Shown piece after piece: positions 7,559 to 16,800 of a stretch of 32,293 nucleotides of DNA. The translations under genes and the position numbers were made by a program. The stretch's first letter is position 1. Each line of letters starts with the position of its first letter. The stretch lies in IMG/VR virus record IMGVR_UViG_3300034407_001190, positions 1 to 32,293 of that record. One strand, written 5' to 3'. Under the pieces are notes generated by a model, which was given only the letters and a program-made list of their open reading frames with translations, was not told the origin of the DNA and made no database searches. The DNA comes from a virus. Its lineage: Duplodnaviria; Caudoviricetes.

Positions 7559-8826
7559 TAAAGCTTAGACCATACCAAAAAGAAATTGTAACACAGGCTA
7601 CAGATATTGTAACACGATATGGCTTTGTTTATTTAGCTATGGAAGTTAGAACAGGTAAGACCTTAACAAGTTTGAGCATCTGCACAAAACTTAAAGCTTA
7701 TAATGTTTTATTTGTAACGAAGAAGAAAGCTATATCAAGCATCGAGTCTGACATGGAAATGTTACAAGCACCGTTTAAACTGACTGTAATTAATTATGAA
7801 TCACTCCATAAAATTACACATGATTCTATTTATGATTGTTTAATTTTAGATGAAGCACATACTCTTGGTGCATTTCCAAAACAAAACAAAAGAAGTAAAC
7901 AAATAAAAAGGTTTATAGATATACATAGTCCAAGGGTTCTATTATTATCTGGTACTCCTACTCCTGAATCTTACAGTCAAATGTTTCATCAAGTATCAGG
8001 TATACCTGGTAATCCTTTTGCTTATTGTAAAAACTTTTATCAGTTTGCACGCAACTATGTGGACGTAAAGAAAAAAATAATCAATGGGTTTCCTATTAAT
8101 GATTATAAGTTAGGGCGCAAAGAGATACTGGATAAGATGAGAAAGTATACTGTTGCTTATTCACAAAAAGAAGCAGGCTTCAAAGTACAAACTGATGAAG
8201 AGATTTTGTATGTTGACATTTGTGGAGATGTAAGAGATTTAATAAAGCGTCTTTCAAAAGACAGGGTAATTAAAGGAGAGAACGAAGTTGTTTTAGCTGA
8301 CACTCCTGTCAAGCTAATGATTAAAACTCATCAGCTAAGTTCTGGTACAATAAAATTTGAGAGTGGTAACTCTATGGTTTTGTGCTATAAGAAAGCTCGT
8401 TATATACGCCATAAATTTGACGGTAAAAAGATTGCTATCTTCTATAAGTTTAAAGAAGAACTTAATGCTTTGAAAGAAGAATTCGAAGATATGTTATGTG
8501 AAACTCTGGAAGAGTTTAATACCACAAATAAATCTATTGCTCTACAAATTGTTAGTGGAAGAGAAGGAATAAGTTTACGTAAAGCGGAGGCTTTAGTTTA
8601 TTATAATATAGATTTTAGTGCCACAAGTTATTGGCAGTCAAGAGATAGAATGACAACTAAAGATAGGTTGTATAATAAAATATACTGGATTTTCTCCAGG
8701 ACTGGAATTGAAAAACAAATTTATAATGCTGTTGTAAAGAAGAAGGATTATACTCTAAGTCATTTCAAGAAAGATTTATTAACTTTAAACGATGACAGAA
8801 CAACAGATACAAGCGAAAATAATTAA
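7555..8826 (+). CDS. Superfamily 2 (SNF2-like) helicase
   Basis: LRPYQ, RTGKT, LDEAH, LSGTP, SGREGISL and QSRDR; TTG start overlapping the upstream TGA. Confidence 0.85.
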   Translation: MIKLRPYQKEIVTQATDIVTRYGFVYLAMEVRTGKTLTSLSICTKLKAYNVLFVTKKKAISSIESDMEMLQAPFKLTVINYESLHKITHDSIYDCLILDEAHTLGAFPKQNKRSKQIKRFIDIHSPRVLLLSGTPTPESYSQMFHQVSGIPGNPFAYCKNFYQFARNYVDVKKKIINGFPINDYKLGRKEILDKMRKYTVAYSQKEAGFKVQTDEEILYVDICGDVRDLIKRLSKDRVIKGENEVVLADTPVKLMIKTHQLSSGTIKFESGNSMVLCYKKARYIRHKFDGKKIAIFYKFKEELNALKEEFEDMLCETLEEFNTTNKSIALQIVSGREGISLRKAEALVYYNIDFSATSYWQSRDRMTTKDRLYNKIYWIFSRTGIEKQIYNAVVKKKDYTLSHFKKDLLTLNDDRTTDTSENN

Positions 8827-9034
8827 AGAAAAAGAGGCTGAGGGATACTATGTTATTAAGTTAAAGATGACCAATAAGAATGGGATACCAGACTTAATAG
8901 CTATACCTCCAAACTCTGATGTAGAATTTATTGAAGTAAAAAAAACAAATGGGAAATTGTCTAAACTACAACTATATAGGATTGAAGAACTTGAAGAACA
9001 CGGATGCACAGTCACAGTACGTAAAGGACTTTGA
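8792..9034 (+). CDS. VRR-NUC family nuclease
   Basis: E..IQ, GIPDL, FIEVK and G.LSKLQ motifs. Confidence 0.85.
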   Translation: MTEQQIQAKIIKEKEAEGYYVIKLKMTNKNGIPDLIAIPPNSDVEFIEVKKTNGKLSKLQLYRIEELEEHGCTVTVRKGL

Positions 9035-9353
9035 GCTCGATGATTATTTCATTGATGCTTTAGAGGAGTGTGAGCCTACTCTGTCTTTGACTATATCTTT
9101 ATATTTAGAAGAACACTTGCCAGAAATTCCTGTCAACCTTATGACCTCCCATGTGTATGCAGGTTTAGTTTTTTATTTTAATAAACCTACGCCCTTTATA
9201 ATTGAAATTACCAAGTCTGATGATTATCTAATGGTGTTAAGCGACCTGCAGTTTATAGATATGGATGAGTACTTAGACTTAACAAATCTTAAATTAAATT
9301 TAAAAGTAGATGAAAGATTCAGCTATCCAAGACTTGTTGTTGACGGCCTCTAA
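8949..9353 (+). CDS. Hypothetical acidic protein (true start probably later)
   Basis: Only ORF filling 9035-9309; the 5' part overlaps VRR-NUC. Confidence 0.6.
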   Translation: MGNCLNYNYIGLKNLKNTDAQSQYVKDFELDDYFIDALEECEPTLSLTISLYLEEHLPEIPVNLMTSHVYAGLVFYFNKPTPFIIEITKSDDYLMVLSDLQFIDMDEYLDLTNLKLNLKVDERFSYPRLVVDGL

Positions 9354-9714
9354 ATATTTCGAGGTAGACATTCATACTAAATCCAGAAAGCAAGAACATA
9401 TTGAAGCGCGAGCTATAGTATATAGTATTATGAGAGAATGTTTAAACATGACCTATAAAGAAATTGGAAAAGTTTTTAACAAGAACCACGCAACTATTCT
9501 TCATGCGGTAAATGAACTACCTTACATGATTAAATACACCAAAGGATTGGGCGAAAAAAAACACGAACTCCTTGCTATATGGGGCTCTACGTACGGTACT
9601 TGTACACATGTTGAGCGCGCTGAGAGGGTAAAATATTTGCAGGATAAAATATTTTTGCTTAATTTGGAAGCGAAACTATTAACAAAACAATTAAACGAAC
9701 TTTTAAATGTCTAA
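9310..9714 (+). CDS. Second DnaA domain IV-like protein with C-terminal coiled coil
   Basis: SRKQEHIEARAI...TYKEIGKVFNKNHATILHA. Confidence 0.8.
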   Translation: MKDSAIQDLLLTASKYFEVDIHTKSRKQEHIEARAIVYSIMRECLNMTYKEIGKVFNKNHATILHAVNELPYMIKYTKGLGEKKHELLAIWGSTYGTCTHVERAERVKYLQDKIFLLNLEAKLLTKQLNELLNV

Positions 9715-9955
9715 CATAGATTGTAAATATACAGTAAATGATGTTGATAAAATCTTAGGTTTTAAAACCTGGTCAGACAAAAAAAAGATTGACACATTGT
9801 TACATATAGATTGCATTCAATATTCAAACTTGGGAACAGATAGTACAATAGGGGAAAGAAAATACGTATCAACCCAATCAAGAATAATTTACCGAGCGAT
9901 AAAAAGTATCGACGCATCACAAGGCAAACTCTTACTTGATTATATGGATAAATAG
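9707..9955 (+). CDS. Hypothetical protein
   Basis: 82-aa ORF with an 8-nt overlap to the upstream gene. Confidence 0.75.
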   Translation: MSNIDCKYTVNDVDKILGFKTWSDKKKIDTLLHIDCIQYSNLGTDSTIGERKYVSTQSRIIYRAIKSIDASQGKLLLDYMDK

Positions 9956-9958
9956 TAG

Positions 9959-10153
9959 ATGACACCACCCGTTTCGAAGCATGACCAGCAGGCTATTTCT
10001 CACATAAACCATGTGACTAACAGTACTCATGACCTTGTAAACGAGCTCTACGAAAACTTAATGGACCGCGACAACGAACAAGCTAAGCAAAAAGCTCAGC
10101 ATATTTGTAAGGTCATGGCAGAACTAATTCAATCCTTAACAGATGATATATGA
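9959..10153 (+). CDS. Hypothetical helical protein
   Basis: 64-aa ORF packed between neighbours. Confidence 0.65.
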   Translation: MTPPVSKHDQQAISHINHVTNSTHDLVNELYENLMDRDNEQAKQKAQHICKVMAELIQSLTDDI

Positions 10154-10559
10154 CCATGACCAAAAGAAGTCTTTGATTAGAAACTCTAAGCAAGTCAAAC
10201 AGGTTATTGATTTTACGGGTGTCCAAAATGGTAAAATCCATCCTTCAGATATAGATGCAGTATTAGAATTTGACAACGATGCTTTAATACTTATTGAGGT
10301 TAAAAGAAAATACAATAAGATACCAACAGGGCAACGATTATTATTAGAAAGAATAAGTGATTCCTGGCACAATCCAGAAAAATCAATAGTCCTAAAAGTT
10401 ACACATACTTATGATGATGACACAAAAGATATTCCATTACATGAATGTGGTGTTGAGGTTGTTTACTACAAAGGAGTGTGGTCTGAAAGGACTGGACCGC
10501 TTATAGATGTGTTAAATAAATTAGGTAAAAAGTGGGATATTAAAAAGCTTTCATTTTAA
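10143..10559 (+). CDS. PD-(D/E)XK-fold nuclease-like protein
   Basis: PSDID...LIEVK...GQ pattern. Confidence 0.6.
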   Translation: MIYDHDQKKSLIRNSKQVKQVIDFTGVQNGKIHPSDIDAVLEFDNDALILIEVKRKYNKIPTGQRLLLERISDSWHNPEKSIVLKVTHTYDDDTKDIPLHECGVEVVYYKGVWSERTGPLIDVLNKLGKKWDIKKLSF

Positions 10560-10858
10560 AGCTCACGAAATTTAGGCATGCCGTCTTTATAAGTAACGAA
10601 AGGTTTTGATAAACTATAGTAAGAATTAATATCCTTATGTTCTTTTAACTCCCCGCATTTCTCATAGTCTTCCAGCTCAACAAAGTATTCTATAAGCACA
10701 TCAAACACATCGTCCTCCATCGTTACAACAGGCTTAGTTGGATTAAAAATAAATGCAGGGGGATTTTCATCATCTTTTAATAATTCTTCGTAAGAAGCTT
10801 TCCCAGTTAATAATTTATAACTGTTCATCATACATGTATGTTCGTCAAAGTATTTCAT
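10556..10858 (-). CDS. Hypothetical protein with UVR (UvrB/C)-like motif
   Basis: FVELEDYEKCGELK; ATGA-type 4-nt overlap with the upstream giant gene. Confidence 0.7.
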   Translation of the reverse strand: MKYFDEHTCMMNSYKLLTGKASYEELLKDDENPPAFIFNPTKPVVTMEDDVFDVLIEYFVELEDYEKCGELKEHKDINSYYSLSKPFVTYKDGMPKFREL

Positions 10859-13800
10859 TTTCTGTTTACCCTTACCCTTTTAGGTCTTCTATTTTTTGTC
10901 TTTCTTCTGTCACCACTTCTTTTTCTTTGTGGTCGCCTTTTACTTTTTTGTTTTTCTATTTCTTTTAAACGTTTCTGTTGCTCTGGACTTAACTTTGGTG
11001 CTTCGGGTGGAAACATATCTTTAACTATAACTCTTCTAACGTCTTTATAAAAAGGAACCAATCCTAAATTACCTAACACTTCAAGTATTAATCTATTTTC
11101 TATTTCATCCATAGCTTTTTGTCGTGTCTCAGGTTTCTTTGCAGTTTGACTACTCACACCTACCTTTAATAAACGAGACAAAGTATTTATTATAGGTCCA
11201 TAAGGTCCAGCCATGGTATCAACAAAAATTTCCTCTAAGCTTTTCTTTTTCAAATCTTCTACACCTATTTGGCTAAATACTATAGAGTGTTTATACTTAT
11301 CATATTCATCTCCATTTCTTAAATCATCTAATAAGTTTCTATTTACTGATTCTTCTATATAATAATTAATACCTGCAACGGGTATATTGCCTAAAGATTG
11401 TCTTGAAATTAATGATATTACTGCGCCAACCAATTGCCTCGCCATAACATCTTCTATGTCTTCATTCTTATCATCTTCCGCATCAAATAATTCATCATCC
11501 AATATGCTTGTTAACATACTGTATACTGTCATGTATGCAGACATTCTAAATGTAATTCCCGCAAGTAACCCCGCAGCTTCTGCTTTTGACAAGTCACCTT
11601 TATTAAATAAAGCGAAGACTGCATTACGAGCAGTGGCAAATTCATACAAACTAAATCTTGCCATGTAAGAGTTTGCCATTCTATATATTGACATACCCGC
11701 ACTATCGTCTGTTCTTCGCATGTTTTTTATAATAGCATCGGCGGCATTATTAGATGTAGCCATAGTAACCACCTCACCATCTGCTATAGCTGTAGCGTTA
11801 TCACGAGCTTCTTTAAACTCGGGCGACAAATATCTTGAGGTTCCGTCAGCTATTTCTTGAAAATCTTTTTTAGTTATCTTAACATCTTCACCAGTTAATT
11901 CTTTAACTTGAGCTTCAAAATTTGTTGCCCAGTTTCCAAACCATAAAGGTCGAGACATAGCTTTATCAGGAAATGTTATTATGTTAGAAGCAATTGTATT
12001 AACTATTCTTCCTGTTAATTTTAATCCTGAGTACTTTAATATTTCACCAAAGACATTGTTTAAACGACTTGTAGCTGACCCAGCTTTAGAATCTAAGCCA
12101 CCGTAATCTGACATCTGAGTATGTTTAGACTCCATAACATCAGCATTGTATAGTTTGCTGGTTTGCGATGACCTAAGATTTGTCATAGCATCAAAACCAG
12201 CTGTAACATTTTTAGGATTAGCAACCCAAGTTCCAAAGTTTTTAAAGGCTCTGGCTGCCATTGCAGGGTTCTTTAACATGATACCAGTATTTGCTACAAT
12301 TTCAGCCCCCATTCTATATACTGAACCAAGTGTTGCTTGATAACCCAGACGCATTAAATTCATTGTACTTAAGTTTCCACTTGGCGTGTCGGTATAAGTT
12401 CCTTTTAATATAATATCTACGAGTTCATTCTTGGCTTTTATAATAGCATTGACAGCTTGTTTAGAATCTTTATTGCCAGTCTTAGCATCTTTCTTCATTC
12501 TATTTAAAGTACCATCAACCTCCCTGAGTGTCTGCGTCATTTCATAATCCATTATAGTTTCCTGAGCTCCACGCATAGCAGAAAATCCTGGGTCAAAACT
12601 AATTGGCTTAGCGTTGTTTGTTCTTTCAACTATAGTTTTTGACTTAGTACTGTTGACATTATTTTTTACTTTATCTACTAATTGTTGTACAGTACTTTTA
12701 GCTTCTGTATCTGGTTGTAAAACCACTCGGTGACTATAATTATTATAAAGCTCTACAGGTACACCATGTAAGTTAGCAGCAATATATTCTGCTTCTGATG
12801 CTAACGAATTATTTACATCATCATATAGAGCTAATGCTTTCTTTTCTTTTGCTGTTAAAGAGTTTTCTATTTTAGTTAAGCTTATTTGACCGTCTACCTC
12901 AAACTCTTTTTTTAATTCATTTAATATTTCTCCATCTCTTTTATTTAAAACACCATCACTTTCTATTGCTTCTAAAGTTTTGTTTATAAAATCAATAGCA
13001 GCAGGAGCTTTAGCGTTAGGCTTACCATCTACAAAATTAGATTCATGCTCTCTTTGCAACTGAAGTATTCTTAGTTTATATTTCTTTTTAACTAATGCGT
13101 TTCTTGTTATACCTAATCTATTTCCGTCAGTGTTTAATAATTTAGCAGCAGCATCTATTTTAGTTTCTAATTTTTTAATCTTAGACTTTACTGTTTCTAA
13201 AGACCTTGCTAATTTTCCAAATGTATTATTATAAATAGTCTTACTATTTCTGTTACCAAAAACATCATCAACAAAAAAAGTAGAAAGGCTACGAATTCTT
13301 TCAGTTAAAAATCCTCTTGGCTCTTTAATACTACTAAGTGGAGATAGGGGAGCTAATCTATTTTTAAGCTTACTATAAGTATTTGTGATTGCATCTACAT
13401 ACTTATTCATTCTAAACCTTTTAAATATAGGATTTATCTGGTTGAAACTTTTAATTGCATTTAACTTAGTAGCTATATCCGTAACTGCTTTACCTGCATA
13501 ACCATTCTTTATATTATCTATTATTTGTTCTAATACTTTTAAGTCTGAATCATCCAACTGTTTCATTTGTTCTGGAGTCATCTTAACTATTTGACGAGCA
13601 TCTTCTCTCGCTCTTTCATCTGGTATATTATTTAATTCAGATTCACTTACCGTTTTTTGTTTTTCAGAAATATTTTTAACAGTAGCATCAACATCAAAAT
13701 CATCAGGCACAGGTTCTGCTTTTATACTATCAATATCTTCATTAAGATTTTCTTGGACTGCATTTATTATATCTAACGCTTGTGGTAAAGTCTCTTGAGC

Positions 13801-16800
13801 TTTTCTTAAAGCAGGTACCTTTCTTCCTGAGCCATACTCTTTTGCTAACTGAATAAAAGAATCTAACTGAGCTTCTGGTATTAAAGAAGGGTTGATACTA
13901 AATAAAGTTTTAAGAGCTGCTTTTAAATCAGCTGGCAGTACACCAGTCTTCGCTCCACCTACCTGACTTTTAGCTTTTTTAGCTCGTGCTCTGGCAATGT
14001 TTAAACGTTCTACATAATCTGCTTTGGTAAACACATCATCAACAAACGTAAGGAAATTGTCTACAGATTTTTTTGAACTTAGAGGATTTGTGGCCGAAAA
14101 TCTTTTAAGAATTGCACTTACTTTAGGCGTAGCAATTTTACCCAGCTTTTTACCAAACCCATCTATTAAAGCTGTAACATTTTTAAGAGCCTTTTTGTAT
14201 GCAGCTGCAGATTCTCTTGCAGCTTTAGCTTCTTTTTTAATCTGGTCTTTAAGTGCTACCCTTTCGTTTACTACAACCTTCTTGTCTTTTGGTTTACCTA
14301 AAAGTTTATTTACACTTGGAGCTTTCTTAATTTTTATACCAAGTTTTTCATTTAGTTCTCTGACTAATTGATTACGCTCAGTGTCATTAAGCTGTTGATA
14401 TAACTTAGAGTTTTGTAAATACTTTAAAGTGTTGTTGAGTATTTTTTTTGGACTTGTGCTTTCACCTACCTTTCTACCTTTGGTTTTTTTAATTATATCA
14501 TTGAGAATATTCTGTACCCTGTTAGGGTCAGCTGTAACTTCAGGAGCGGTTGGTGAACCTATATATTCATTTGGAGATATGCCTTGCTTCTGTGCGTCGC
14601 GATTTATCGCTGAGATGATTTTCTTATAAAAGCTTGACCCTTCTTGTTGTTGTTGTATGGCGCTTTGTCTACCATCTGAAAGAATCTGTTGCCTGCTCTT
14701 CTTGTCAATAAATCTTGAGTTGATTGCTTTTTTATCTGAGACTTCATAAGTAATATTTTTTTCGTCTAATATGTCTATTAATTTTTCAAGTTTAGCATCC
14801 TTGTCTGGGTCACTAAAATCAAAAATGTCCAACAAAGTTAATAAATTATTTGTTTCTGACAAAGTGTATTCATCAATACCTGCTTCTTGCAGGGCTTGAA
14901 ATGCACCTTCACTATCAGAAACTTTAATAGTAATTTCATTACCATTATGATTTTCTGCACCGTCCGTAGTGTACTCAGCAGCAATGGAAGACTCTTGTAC
15001 CTCTGGAGCTAATGCAGCTGTAAGGGCTGCATACTGTGAGGCTTGGTCCAATGTCGCTTGTTTTAATTTTACAACGTTACTTACCTCTCTAATTTTGGTA
15101 CCCGCATCATTTACGTAACCGCCTACTGACTCTTCAATTTCAATCTCTACGCCTAAATCATCTGCAATATTTTGAAGTGATTGTTTATACTCTTGGTATT
15201 GTGGCGACTTTCTTAAACCACCAGCTTCGGTTGTAGACTCTATTGAAGTTTCAAAAAATGGTGCTACGTTTACGCTTATTTCCTCTTGCGTTTGCGTCTC
15301 AATAGGCTTGTCAACACCTTGGTTTTGGGTTTCACCCTCTTGGGTAACGACCCCTGCGGCGTCTCCTTCTCCCACTTCTGGGCTATCTGGGGTAGATTCT
15401 TGTACATCCACCTGCGTTGCGCTTGACTCTTGAATGGCATTGGCTCTTTCGTTTATTTGTTGTTCGGTTGGTTCAAGTATTCCTTCAGATATTAGCTGGT
15501 CTTTAGCTTGTTCTTTAGCTTCTTCATCATCTAAATCCTTTACATTCTTAAACCTATCTACTTCAGCTGCAGTTTTCTTAGCTGCTTCTATTGCTAATTT
15601 AAGTAATTCTTTTTGTTTGTTTTTAACCTGTTCATCAGAAGGGTTTTCTACCCCTTCTTTTTGTAATGCCTCTATAGCTTCTAATTGTGATACAGAAAAA
15701 TATTTTTCTAAACCATCAGGTAATTTTACTCTTTCTCCTACATCAGTCTCTGCTTCTTTAACAATAACATCAAGCTCTTCATCTATAGCTTTTATTCTTT
15801 CTTTATTCTCAGGAGTGTCTGGGTTTTCTATGTTAGATTTTTCCTGAAGTAATTCTATATATCTTTTTTTTCTTTCTCCTTGTAAATTATCAGGAGTTTG
15901 TTGATTTAAGTTTGCTTCTTGTCTTCTGTCTTGATATTTCTGTTCAAGAGCGGTATCATTTTCAATAACAAACTGTGAGTCTATTATTTCTTGGTCTGTC
16001 ATGGTGTCAATAGCAGCTTCAACATCTTGCTTGCTCATTAACATTTTAGTACCCTTCTTTGTTAGGTAACCATAGCTTGGTGGTTTAAAAAAGTTTTTAC
16101 CTTTACCCACCATGTTATTACCTATGTCTGTCAAGCTCATACCACTTACTGCAGCGGGCACTGATAATATGGAAGAAGCTTGACCTGTTATACCTTCAAA
16201 TCCAATTTCAGCCACATCCATTTCTTGGCCCGTAACTGCTCTTGCGGTAGCTTCACCACCTGCTCCACCAACAGCTTCAATACCTGCAGCTTTTAAAGCA
16301 GCTCTGGCTTTCATTCCTTTTGTTATAGCTTTATCCGCAGCCTTTGCAGCCTTTATAGTACTACCCCCTATCTTACTTGCAGCACCTCTTGTAAACGCAT
16401 CTATAGTACCTATAACAAGACCTCTTGCCATAGCTTTGTTTTTTATTGATTGCAGTGCAGCGGGGTTCTCTAATATTTTTCTTACACCTTCTTGGTCAAA
16501 CTTTAATCCCGCTCGGTCTACCTCTTCTTTCATAAACTCAGTAAAAGCCAAACCAGTTTCAAGTGTAGCACTTGCTCCTAAGATAGCGCCGTTTATACCA
16601 CCTCCTACTGCACCTATAGAACCTGCTATAGCACTACCTATTGGTCCACCTATAGAACCCGCTATAGCACCTGTTCCTCCTGCAACTGTCGCGCCTAATG
16701 CACCACCAGCTGCCGCACCCCCAAGCACTTCTGGATTAACCATTGAAGCAACTGAAGATACAAATAACTGACCGATGACTGAAGGATTTTGAGCAACCCC

